From: Escherichia phage vB_EcoM-RPN242
Sequence record: OL656110.1
Length of the DNA: 64,000 bases
Strand: one strand, 5' to 3'
The notes beneath the pieces were generated by a model. The model saw nothing but the letters and a program-made list of their open reading frames with translations. It made no database searches and was not told the DNA's origin. Positions 16,834-25,500 of this stretch are shown here, in pieces. Numbering within the stretch: the stretch's first letter is position 1; each line of letters starts with the position of its first letter. The translations under genes were made by a program, and so were the position numbers.

Positions 16834-18852
16834 TTAGAACACAACTTTCACAGTGCGGTTGAACGAACCGCTCACCTTCACGAACACGTGGTTGCGTTGG
16901 GTGGTAGAGAAGCCCAGACCGGACAGCTGCTCAGTGCTTGGCTGTACTTTAATCTTACCACCTAACATTTCAAAAACCTTGCGGTGTTTATCAAGTTCCG
17001 GCTTCAGATATTCGTTATAGAAACCACGGGTGCCGACAGGGTTAGCACAACCTTCCAGGATGAAGAACACGTGCTTGTTGCCAGTCTGCTCGCCGTCCCA
17101 ATGGTTTGGTGAGTTCAGAACCAGCTGTACCTTCTGGAAGACGGAGGTCTTGATGCCCCAGATTTCCTGAGAGCGAGCGTCGTCTTTCAGGGTAGAACTG
17201 ATGTCAACCACCTGACCAGCGCGAACCTGAACCACAACAGCCAACGTGCGATCTTTGTTGCCCAGGCCAGGGTGTGAGAAGCGCTTAGTCTGGCCTTTGT
17301 ATTCAACTTCGATTTCGAAACCAACGTCACAGGTTTCACGCTTGTTGAAGTTGGTGACATAGAACTCATAATTCCCGTCACGCAACTTGCGTTCATCGCT
17401 AAAGAAGATGTTCTCCACCGGACGGCGGTTTGGATCAATGCCGTCCATACCGTTCATGTCGATGTCCAGAGTTGCGCCAGTTGTCGAACGACGGTTGCGA
17501 AAATATACGTGGTTGTGAAGAGGATCGTTCATGCTCAGATCCAGGTCGTCGTTGTTATGCCAAGCCAGTGACACGCGGAGGAAGCTGTCGACATTGCCGC
17601 CTGCGGTCTTCACGCGCTCTTTGATGGAGTCGGCCACTTCGCCATTGTACGACCAGCTGAAGCCGTTGTTCCACTTGAACAGGTTAGGAGCGCCTGCGGT
17701 AGCCGGAGCGATCAGGGACATCAGGTTGCCAATGTGAGAGTTTTCGACCAGCACTTCTAGGGAATGCGCCTTTGGCAACACGTTGGTCAGGAAGTCGTCG
17801 ATCGTGATCTCTTCAACCTTGTCCAGGGACTTTGTCGGAGTCTTCACTTCAGACGCCAGCTGAGCAAACGGGTCCATCTTCTTCTGAGCTGCCAGATCGG
17901 CGAACAGAACGTTGTTGATGGTCAGATCGTCATACACGGCATAACGGCGACCCAGTGAATCAGTCAGACCCAGCGCTTCGACTTCTTTCTGCGCGTTTTC
18001 AATCATCGACTTCGTGACCAGCGCGGTTGGGCGCTTGTAGTTCGTCGGAGCGACTTTGGCTTCAAAGGACTTCACGGCGGTTTCCAGATCCCGGCCTTCA
18101 TTGAGGTCTACCAGCAGAGAGCCAATCACGGTATTACGAATGCCGTGAGGGGTATGACCGTTTGCACGGTAGCCAGTGCGCCAAGCCCACAGAGCGCGTT
18201 TCTCTTCTGCAGTTTGTTCGTACAGGGTCTTGTTCACCACGAACGCCTGCACTGCCGCTTTGTGCTCTTCACCGCGATACAGAGAATTCTGGTCGATCAA
18301 TTCCAGAACGATTTCAGCCGATTCCAGAGACAGTTCACGCAGGCCGCGCTCAAACACTTCAATCGCCTGGCGGATTTCACCCTTCTTAGAAGCGATGGTA
18401 TCTGCCCGCAGAACATAGCTGCTCAGCAGGTCGGTGTGGAAGTGGTTGTAGGTGCGGACAATACCGTCTTTCATTTCGTGATTCGACCCAACACCAACTT
18501 TCTTGGTGTCGTTGAAGTACACGTCGACGATTGCGTGCTGCTTAACATATGCTGACAGCGCCGCAGCGACAACGTCGTATTCGTTACCCAACTGAATGTT
18601 ATCCCAGATAGAGATCACGTTCAGGTCGGAGTCGATGGTGACCACACCGCCGATGTTACGGATGAATTGTTTACAGCAGGTGCAGTCGTGCTCGGTACGC
18701 TCACGATAAAGCGGGTTAGTGCCAGCAGGGAAAGAAGACAGATACAGATCCCACAGAGCATCTTTATCGATGTTGGTCATGAACAGACCAGTTGCTGACA
18801 TGGCCCGCACGTTATTGTTGACAGCTACTGCGAAGGACTTAAAATCTGACAT
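16834..18852 (-). CDS. hypothetical large protein (672 aa)
   Basis: Long ORF with SD AGGAAG; no motif I can assign. Confidence 0.65.
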   Translation of the reverse strand: MSDFKSFAVAVNNNVRAMSATGLFMTNIDKDALWDLYLSSFPAGTNPLYRERTEHDCTCCKQFIRNIGGVVTIDSDLNVISIWDNIQLGNEYDVVAAALSAYVKQHAIVDVYFNDTKKVGVGSNHEMKDGIVRTYNHFHTDLLSSYVLRADTIASKKGEIRQAIEVFERGLRELSLESAEIVLELIDQNSLYRGEEHKAAVQAFVVNKTLYEQTAEEKRALWAWRTGYRANGHTPHGIRNTVIGSLLVDLNEGRDLETAVKSFEAKVAPTNYKRPTALVTKSMIENAQKEVEALGLTDSLGRRYAVYDDLTINNVLFADLAAQKKMDPFAQLASEVKTPTKSLDKVEEITIDDFLTNVLPKAHSLEVLVENSHIGNLMSLIAPATAGAPNLFKWNNGFSWSYNGEVADSIKERVKTAGGNVDSFLRVSLAWHNNDDLDLSMNDPLHNHVYFRNRRSTTGATLDIDMNGMDGIDPNRRPVENIFFSDERKLRDGNYEFYVTNFNKRETCDVGFEIEVEYKGQTKRFSHPGLGNKDRTLAVVVQVRAGQVVDISSTLKDDARSQEIWGIKTSVFQKVQLVLNSPNHWDGEQTGNKHVFFILEGCANPVGTRGFYNEYLKPELDKHRKVFEMLGGKIKVQPSTEQLSGLGFSTTQRNHVFVKVSGSFNRTVKVVF

Positions 18853-18966
18853 GATGTAATCTTCCTGTTTCAGTTCAAATGTGCGCCCCGTTTGCCAGGG
18901 CGCTTCGTTTAAGTGAGGTCAGTATACGCTGGATTGAGTTATTGAAGAACGAAGTAAAGGGAATCT

Positions 18967-19896
18967 TTATTCAGAAGAACCATATCGTTCTGTCCATTTA
19001 GGACATTTCAAAGGTTCCCACCCTCTATTGAAACGTTCGATAATGCTGTTTGTCGCATTAAAAGCCTTCAGGTCTTTTGTTCTGTACACATGCATGAGGG
19101 CTTCCGCTCTTTTCATTGTTTTTATTGCTTCAAGGAATTTATCAGCTTTTGACCAATACGCATCATTGTCGGGGTTCCATTTACCCTTCTCCCAAGGCAT
19201 CTTAGCCAACATGCCTTTCTGAGCGTTTTCTTTCTGTTTGGCGCGTTGCTCTGGTGTGAATGAGTTGGTTAAGTCCTTCCCATAATTGGGATTGAGTTCC
19301 CCAAGTTTAGCTTTACTGGCACGTTCAGAAAATTGTTCTAAATCTATGTTGGCGCGGCGTTTCTCTAAAACCCGCCTTTTATATTCAGGATCAGAAGCCA
19401 TCCTTTCATGGATTTTCATCAATCCTTTGGTAATTTTCTTGACTTGCTCTGGGGTTCTCTTATATCCATATTGGGGATTATTCTTTCCTCTTCTCCCATA
19501 CATTGGGTTGTTTGCCCCGACGCATTTGGAGACACCCTTTGTGAGTTTGGATATTCTTTGTCCAAATTCTTTCCTTAACTTTTCGTAAAGGTGAGAATTA
19601 AATTTTATACCCGTTGGTGTATACCTACCCCCACGGCTCATCAAAAGAACAGCATATACCATATCAGAATTCGGGAAAGCCAAGGCCAAGCATACATGGA
19701 CAAGATAATGTTGTCTGCCTGTTAATCGAACCAAATTTATCTTATCTTTAGAATATTCAGGGAACATGCTCTTGGGAAGGATGTGGTGCAATTCAGTGTA
19801 GTCACCATCAGAATATTTGAAAGATTGAACCATCATCAAATACTTCTTGATGAAATGCGGTTTACCGCCTTTAGAAATCAATAATTCGTAAAACAT
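18967..19896 (-). CDS. HNH homing endonuclease with NUMOD-like repeats (free-standing)
   Basis: HNH core TELHHILPKSMFPEYSKDKINLVRLTGRQHYLVH plus repeated NPMYGRRGKNNPQYG motifs; sits between core genes. Confidence 0.8.
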   Translation of the reverse strand: MFYELLISKGGKPHFIKKYLMMVQSFKYSDGDYTELHHILPKSMFPEYSKDKINLVRLTGRQHYLVHVCLALAFPNSDMVYAVLLMSRGGRYTPTGIKFNSHLYEKLRKEFGQRISKLTKGVSKCVGANNPMYGRRGKNNPQYGYKRTPEQVKKITKGLMKIHERMASDPEYKRRVLEKRRANIDLEQFSERASKAKLGELNPNYGKDLTNSFTPEQRAKQKENAQKGMLAKMPWEKGKWNPDNDAYWSKADKFLEAIKTMKRAEALMHVYRTKDLKAFNATNSIIERFNRGWEPLKCPKWTERYGSSE

Positions 19897-19955
19897 AACA
19901 GGAACTCCAAATGAAAGTTCCTGTTATAATATACTTTCTTAACTCACAAAGTAAG

Positions 19956-21149
19956 TTACTTTTTAAATAAATTTAGTAGGTTTTTAGAACCAGATGTCGC
20001 TTTAGGTTGTCCTTCCCCATCGTATCCAACCTTCCCGCGCGGTTTTTTACCTTGCTGTACAGCCTCTACACAACGGGTATATTTCTGAAGTTCACAAAAC
20101 ATATTTTCTCCTGCCATTATATTTAAATGGCGATCCCAAGGCTCTTCCACAGACCAAAATTCTTCCCTGTTATACCCAAGAGGACCATAAACTGCGTCCT
20201 GGTTGTCCCGTAGCCAGAAGATGCATTCTTCGTGGGTCATACCGTCTTTGTTCAGGAACAGCAGATCAATACCTGCGCGACAGCCTGGTCCAGCAACCGT
20301 GAAGTGGTTCTCACTGAAAGGATATTCAGGAATGTAAGTGAAGTCTACCCAGATCTGATAGGCCAGGAATGGACCAAGCCCTTCGATGTCGTCATACATG
20401 CGCTGGTATACTTCCAAAGGAGTACCAAGGCGCAGCAGGTCATGGAAATAATTTGGATACTTGTTGACGAATGCCTTCAGGGAGCGGATGACACGCATTG
20501 GCATGTACGGTTCCCAACCTTCGATGGTGTAGAAGTCCGGCTCTGCTTCGGCTATCGCCTTGGCTTCTTTATAATCCATGTTCTGGGTTGAACCGTCTTT
20601 ACAGATCAGATTCACCATCATCCCACCGAAGCGCTGCTCCTTGTGGTTGACAACCATCTCAGGGAAAGCCAGGCATTGCTTCAGGCCGCCCGTGTTGAAG
20701 GCATTGGTGAATACCTTACCGCCGTCGGCCTCGAACTTCTGAAGTCGTTCGCGGGTTGCATCGAGGTTGATCTCGGCGAATTCTTTGATCGTCATCGCGC
20801 CGCCGATAGCCTGGATTGGATCCCAGAGGTTGAACATGCGGAACATCACGCAGTTGAACATCTTGTCGGCCATACCCAGAGCATCGTTGTTGACAATGTT
20901 GTTGATCAGGTTGAGAGACTGCCTGTCGTGCTCTCTCCGGACATTACAGAACTTGACCTGCCGTAGTATGGGATTATCAGTCCAAGGAGCAGGAAGGCGC
21001 TGGACGTCCTTCTTGACGTGGATCTGATAACGATCGCGCATCCATTCGTAAGACAGGCGGGTATGGGTCGGACTGAGAACCGGTTTGGCCGACTTTATCT
21101 TTTCTTCACGGACACCGCAGTACGGGACGTCTAGGGCTTTATCTTTCAT
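19956..21149 (-). CDS. hypothetical protein (397 aa)
   Basis: ORF with good SD AGAGGA 5 nt upstream; no assignable motif. Confidence 0.65.
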   Translation of the reverse strand: MKDKALDVPYCGVREEKIKSAKPVLSPTHTRLSYEWMRDRYQIHVKKDVQRLPAPWTDNPILRQVKFCNVRREHDRQSLNLINNIVNNDALGMADKMFNCVMFRMFNLWDPIQAIGGAMTIKEFAEINLDATRERLQKFEADGGKVFTNAFNTGGLKQCLAFPEMVVNHKEQRFGGMMVNLICKDGSTQNMDYKEAKAIAEAEPDFYTIEGWEPYMPMRVIRSLKAFVNKYPNYFHDLLRLGTPLEVYQRMYDDIEGLGPFLAYQIWVDFTYIPEYPFSENHFTVAGPGCRAGIDLLFLNKDGMTHEECIFWLRDNQDAVYGPLGYNREEFWSVEEPWDRHLNIMAGENMFCELQKYTRCVEAVQQGKKPRGKVGYDGEGQPKATSGSKNLLNLFKK

Positions 21150-21157
21150 GGTATCCT

Positions 21158-21195
21158 CTTAGAATACGAAAACAGAGGCCATTATAGCCTCTGTT
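21158..21195 (-). terminator. intrinsic terminator after gene 21218..22090
   Basis: 9-bp stem AACAGAGGC/GCCTCTGTT followed on the minus strand by TTCGTATTCT. Confidence 0.5.
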
Positions 21196-21217
21196 GTTTA
21201 GTGAATAACTGTATATC

Positions 21218-22090
21218 TTAATCGATACGGGTCAGTTGGGTGATAGATGATTGCACTGGGCTGGCCACATAGATACGGACGTTGGCTTTCCATTCACCCC
21301 AGATCAACGGCAGAGTTGGGAAGTTGTCTTCATTGAAAACAAACACGGGAATGTAGCTCTCGACTGTTTCGCCAGAGAACGCCTGAAAGCCCATCTTGGT
21401 GTATCCCATGATCTCGTCAATAAAATCGAACGGAGCGAAGGCAACACCAGCGTGTTCGTTAGAACCGAGCTGGCCTGGAATGGCCGTGCCCGTCAGAATG
21501 ATTTCGGTGATCTGGCGCTTAGGCTCGGTGGTCAACATATCAGAGAAGTCAGGCTCTTTGAAGGTTGCCATGTTCTTCAGGAACTTGCCAGCCGGGTACT
21601 CTTTGCCGTCGACAGTGATGGTGTCCACCACTTTGATGCACGCCTGAGGGAATTCCCCTTCGATGCGCAGACTTTCGCGTGGGAAGCCTTTGTTGTAGTA
21701 GTAATCCAGTGCAGGCACAACTTCACCTTCATTACGGATGAACTTGCTCATGTTAGAGGCATACACGCGCTGTAGGCATTCGTCACCGTCGAAACCAGCA
21801 ATATGAGCCACACCGTCGTTGACTGTTGTGATGTCGCCCTGGGCGTCCATGATCTGGCGCATGATGTCTTTGATGTCGACAACAACGGGTTCTTTCAGGA
21901 CTCGCGGAGATGCAGTGAACTCAATTTTCACCTCGTGGTCGAAATACGCCGCTTCCAGCAGTTCACGGGTTTCTTCCAGCACCAGTTTCGCCTGATTGCG
22001 GATCTTACCAAAGTCGGGCGATGTGACGTCGCCCTTTGCATTACCGAAAGCCAGATTCAGATTCACGTTCTTGGAAAATGTAGTTGTCAT
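21218..22090 (-). CDS. hypothetical protein (290 aa)
   Basis: ORF with SD GGAG; followed by a terminator hairpin at 21171-21195. Confidence 0.6.
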   Translation of the reverse strand: MTTTFSKNVNLNLAFGNAKGDVTSPDFGKIRNQAKLVLEETRELLEAAYFDHEVKIEFTASPRVLKEPVVVDIKDIMRQIMDAQGDITTVNDGVAHIAGFDGDECLQRVYASNMSKFIRNEGEVVPALDYYYNKGFPRESLRIEGEFPQACIKVVDTITVDGKEYPAGKFLKNMATFKEPDFSDMLTTEPKRQITEIILTGTAIPGQLGSNEHAGVAFAPFDFIDEIMGYTKMGFQAFSGETVESYIPVFVFNEDNFPTLPLIWGEWKANVRIYVASPVQSSITQLTRID

Positions 22091-22106
22091 AATATAGCGA
22101 CTCCAG

Positions 22107-22571
22107 TTATTCGCTTTTTGCCTTTGTAGGCCGGATGATGTATTTTGGAACCAGCTTCCATTCAGGAACCTGATCGTGTTTAACCACTTTAATGCGAGAC
22201 ATATCGGCTGCTTCGGTGACCTGCTCAGGATGAATGACCTTCACCATGTTCCACTGCTCCAGCAGCTTGATGATTCGGTTCATCCTCAGGACATCTTCGC
22301 GGTTAAATCCGTTGTAATGCCCGTCCAGCATAAATAGATGCTTAAAGTGGACGATATAATACTTACCACACTTATGAAGAATATGGCAAGTCTGATACAG
22401 AGTATTCGGCTCTTGGCGCGTGTTTACCCCAATTCGACTCAGTGTTTCCTTGATCCCCAGAAATATACCTGGCCGATCTTGGTTCAATTGAACTTCAACC
22501 ATACAATCAACGATGCTGGCCTCATCGTTGACTGCTGAAATATTCAATATGTCTAGCGTATTACGCGCCAT
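22107..22571 (-). CDS. regA: translational repressor RegA
   Basis: KETLSRIGV...LYQTCHILHKCGKYYIVHFKHLFMLDG...EWKLVPKYIIRP matches T4 RegA blocks; SD AAGGGGA upstream of ATG 22571. Has an N-terminal extension of about 30 aa relative to T4. Confidence 0.75.
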   Translation of the reverse strand: MARNTLDILNISAVNDEASIVDCMVEVQLNQDRPGIFLGIKETLSRIGVNTRQEPNTLYQTCHILHKCGKYYIVHFKHLFMLDGHYNGFNREDVLRMNRIIKLLEQWNMVKVIHPEQVTEAADMSRIKVVKHDQVPEWKLVPKYIIRPTKAKSE

Positions 22572-22600
22572 GACTCATTCCCCTTTTACAATAGTTTGAA

Positions 22601-23023
22601 CTATTTAGCCTTGCGCGGTTTCGCTTTGGCGTTCAGCTCAGTGCGTCTCATCTTCTCGCGTATCTCGGCCAGGACTTCCTTCGGCAAGAAACGGACGTAC
22701 TCCGATGCCTTCTCCATGCTGATGTAGAAGTACTCTGAGAGTAACTTCACGTCAGGATCAATCGGACCTTTCTTAGACCATTTATCGTAGCGTTTCCGAG
22801 CCGGAATGGTGTAAAAGGCATATGACCATTGCATCCATGGAGTGATAGCATGTAGCTTATTCATCTGTTGCGCAGCCACTAGAGTGTCTTTGCTCTGAGC
22901 TAAACCACGCCGCGTCATAAACGGGTCGAATCCTTTCAACACTTCTGGGTCATCAGACCGCAAAAGGTTTTCTTTGCTGCTGTTCAGAGCAGCCAGGTAA
23001 TCGAACAATCCAAGGGCGGCCAT
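22601..23023 (-). CDS. 62: clamp-loader small subunit (T4 gp62-like)
   Basis: IPARKRYDKWSKK resembles T4 gp62 VPRGKRYGKWAK; start overlaps the gp44 stop, as in T4. Confidence 0.65.
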   Translation of the reverse strand: MAALGLFDYLAALNSSKENLLRSDDPEVLKGFDPFMTRRGLAQSKDTLVAAQQMNKLHAITPWMQWSYAFYTIPARKRYDKWSKKGPIDPDVKLLSEYFYISMEKASEYVRFLPKEVLAEIREKMRRTELNAKAKPRKAK

Positions 23024-23027
23024 AATA

Positions 23028-24017
23028 TCACTTCCACTTGATGTTGAGCATGACATTGGTCAGGAAAAACACGGCATGCAGCCAGACATCGCCGACTTGA
23101 CGGTGTTCAATCTGAGACTGACCACATACGCATACCAGATCAGGGATAGACTCATTCTGAACCAACATTTGCTTCTCTTTATCCTGTGGTACACAGAACT
23201 GGAAGAAGCGGGAATAGAAGTCTTCAGTGATATAGTTCTGGTTGTCGGTCACCCACTGCTTCATCCCAGCCCAGTCATTATCCTTCAACATATCCACCAA
23301 CATGCCCATATCGGCCGATTTTAACACAGCCAGTGCACGTTCGTCAATCTTGCCGTAAGTGGTGACGTTATCCTGTAGAACACCCATGATGCGGCGGTTA
23401 TCAGGGAAATGGCGCTTGACAATAGCAGCCAACACAGGAGGGTCATACTCAACACCTTCGCAGCGAAGGATTTCAGCACAGCGGCGCATGAACTGAAGTT
23501 TGACCTCATCAGCCTCGGTCTCATTCCAGATAAAGTCGATTTCACGGCAACGAGAGCGCAGAGGTTCGTTCACACGTTGCTTGGCGTTGGTGGTCAGGAT
23601 GAATGAACAGTTCTTGGAGACCTTCTCCACAATACCCTTCAGCGACTCCTGTGCCGCCATAGACAGACGCTCTACTTCGTCGAGGATAACGACTTTGCGA
23701 CCACCGAATACGCTCACACCAGTAGAGTACTGAATCACGCGGTCACGGATAACGTCGATGCTGTTGTCCAGGGATGCGTTGATCATCAGTGGTTGCTTAC
23801 AACCGATTTCATTACACACGGCCAGGGCGGAGGTAGTCTTGCCAGTACCAGGCTGAGGGGAGTAGAACAGCATAGACGGGATGTTGCCGTTGCCGCTGGT
23901 GATGTAGCCATGGATTTTAGCGCGGACGTCTTGAGGGATGATAATCTCGTCCAGGTTGTCAGGGCGGAAGCGGTTTTCCCATGCATACTGGTCTTTTACA
24001 ATTGTGATATTAGACAT
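23028..24017 (-). CDS. 44: clamp-loader AAA+ ATPase (T4 gp44-like)
   Basis: Walker A SPQPGTGKTT, DEVE Walker B and sensor motifs; SD GAGG. Confidence 0.85.
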   Translation of the reverse strand: MSNITIVKDQYAWENRFRPDNLDEIIIPQDVRAKIHGYITSGNGNIPSMLFYSPQPGTGKTTSALAVCNEIGCKQPLMINASLDNSIDVIRDRVIQYSTGVSVFGGRKVVILDEVERLSMAAQESLKGIVEKVSKNCSFILTTNAKQRVNEPLRSRCREIDFIWNETEADEVKLQFMRRCAEILRCEGVEYDPPVLAAIVKRHFPDNRRIMGVLQDNVTTYGKIDERALAVLKSADMGMLVDMLKDNDWAGMKQWVTDNQNYITEDFYSRFFQFCVPQDKEKQMLVQNESIPDLVCVCGQSQIEHRQVGDVWLHAVFFLTNVMLNIKWK

Positions 24018-24037
24018 TTTCAGCCTCGTGTAGAAGA

Positions 24038-24068
24038 ATCATTTCAAATAGGCGGGGAACGCCCCGCC
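24038..24068 (-). terminator. hairpin/terminator between gp45 and gp44 genes
   Basis: GGCGGGG-aacg-CCCCGCC hairpin with a moderately T-rich tail. Confidence 0.4.
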
Positions 24069-24098
24069 CACACATTATAGCATCAGGCTGGAGATTGA

Positions 24099-24767
24099 TT
24101 ACTCAATCTGTGCGCCGACGAAGTAATTGATCGTCGCGTCGGATGATTGGAAGTTCACCATCTGTAGATCAGCACAGGCACGCAGAGTGTAGTTGCCTTC
24201 GATCATTTTCAGGTTGGCAACATCCAGCGGCATTACGAAGTCCGGCAGCGCGGTTTCGCCCAGCTCAACAGTGTAGTTGTTGGAGTTGTCCAAGGTAGTG
24301 GTGGTTGCAACCAGGCGAGTTTTGCCACCCTGAGCAACCAGGCGCACAGTCTTGTGTCCGAGGGTAGAGCAGGCGCGGGTCAGTTCTTTCATCTTCTCTG
24401 GAGTGATGATCGCTTCAAAGTCAACAGACGGCAGTTCAATGGTGTCAGCCGGGACAACCGTGAGTTCTTTAGCAGAACGCCAGAATTGCAGCTGAGAGCT
24501 TTCGCCTTTCAACAGGATGTAGTCCTGATGGAATTCGGCTTTGGCACCTTTGAAGGAAGGTAGGCGCTGGATGGCCAGAAGTTTGGTCAGGTCCAGAATC
24601 GGGAACTCAAACGGGAAGTCTTCTTCGATCTGCGCCACGGCGATCACAGTAGAAGAATCATTAATACTGCGCAGCATCTTACCCGGTGTCAGAACGATAG
24701 ATGGGTTGATGGTCTCAAAGTTGGCCAGCAACTGAAGTGTACGTTCGGAGAGAGTGATCTCTTGCAT
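24099..24767 (-). CDS. 45: sliding clamp (T4 gp45-like)
   Basis: 222 aa; N-terminus LLANFETINPSIVL parallels T4 gp45 LLKNFATINSGIML; gene order 45-44-62-regA matches T4. Confidence 0.8.
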   Translation of the reverse strand: MQEITLSERTLQLLANFETINPSIVLTPGKMLRSINDSSTVIAVAQIEEDFPFEFPILDLTKLLAIQRLPSFKGAKAEFHQDYILLKGESSQLQFWRSAKELTVVPADTIELPSVDFEAIITPEKMKELTRACSTLGHKTVRLVAQGGKTRLVATTTTLDNSNNYTVELGETALPDFVMPLDVANLKMIEGNYTLRACADLQMVNFQSSDATINYFVGAQIE

Positions 24768-24898
24768 TTGTATGTATCCTCAAAATATAGTGGGGGTTCA
24801 AGTCATGTTTGACGCAATCTAGTATCGCTGTGTTTTGTTTATAGAACAAGTGGCAAATTGCGCTACGCGTTATTAATAAATGCCTTCGGCATTTATGG

Positions 24899-24952
24899 AC
24901 TTTATTAAAGATAATAACCTTTATTAAAGATAATAATCTTTATTAATCCTAT
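24899..24952. repeat. tandem direct repeat (about 2.5 copies of a 20-bp AT-rich unit)
   Basis: ACTTTATTAAAGATAATAAC / CTTTATTAAAGATAATAATC / TTTATTAATCC, within a 360-bp AT-rich intergenic region. Confidence 0.7.
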
Positions 24953-24979
24953 TCGCTTCGCTCATAAAACAAATACTCG

Positions 24980-25009
24980 TTGTTCGCTAACGCTCACAAC
25001 TCGTATAAT
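24980..25009 (+). promoter_or_regulatory. sigma70-like promoter candidate for the plus-strand gene at 25129
   Basis: TTGTTC, 18-nt spacer, perfect TATAAT, about 120 nt upstream of the start. Confidence 0.4.
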
Positions 25010-25128
25010 ACCACGCCATTGTTCAACAAGAAAGCAGTTTTTATTCAACAGCAAAATTAATTTATTTGGTCTAAACATGCACGCGAAATAATATGTATGT
25101 CATGTTAACCAACACACGAGAGTAATAT

Positions 25129-25500
25129 ATGAAACAGTTCGTAGGTTTATACGCAGTCGGGTGTAGTAAGCCAGACGCCAACCTCACCACAGGTCAATTT
25201 ATCACAGGCACCCCAGTTTATCTGACACAGCTGGCGTCAGACAAGAACTTACCATCGGAACCGCGATTTGTCCCCCTTGGCTTGATGACAGGCCTGAAAG
25301 TTGGTCTGTATGTCGGCGTTGTGACGTTTGAAAACGGCATCGAAGCGAAGGTTCTGCCATTCAAATTGGGTAGTGAACAAATGCTGAAGGATACGATCAG
25401 TGAACACCTGAACTCACAATGTCTGGCTTCTCTGGATAAATTGTTCGGCGTAGTATCTGATGAAGGCGAGGCCACCCCCGCCTATGTGAATCAAGATTAA
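25129..25500 (+). CDS. hypothetical protein (plus strand; possible lipoprotein)
   Basis: 123-aa ORF with SD GAGAG; N-terminus MKQFVGLYAVGC carries a lipobox-like AVGC. Confidence 0.55.
   Translation: MKQFVGLYAVGCSKPDANLTTGQFITGTPVYLTQLASDKNLPSEPRFVPLGLMTGLKVGLYVGVVTFENGIEAKVLPFKLGSEQMLKDTISEHLNSQCLASLDKLFGVVSDEGEATPAYVNQD

Noticed and set aside
16834-18852. rIIA identity for the 672-aa protein.
   Set aside because: No GHKL-type ATPase motifs (E-x-x-x-N-x-x-D, G-x-G boxes) at the N-terminus; no support from sequence.
19956-21149. Assignment of the 397-aa protein to a thymidine-hypermodification enzyme family.
   Set aside because: I cannot point to diagnostic residues from memory; kept only as a hypothesis in the findings, not as an annotation.
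24899-24952. Direct repeats checked as a possible CRISPR array.
   Set aside because: Only about 2.5 AT-rich copies of 20 bp with no spacers and no cas genes; this is an intergenic tandem repeat, not CRISPR.
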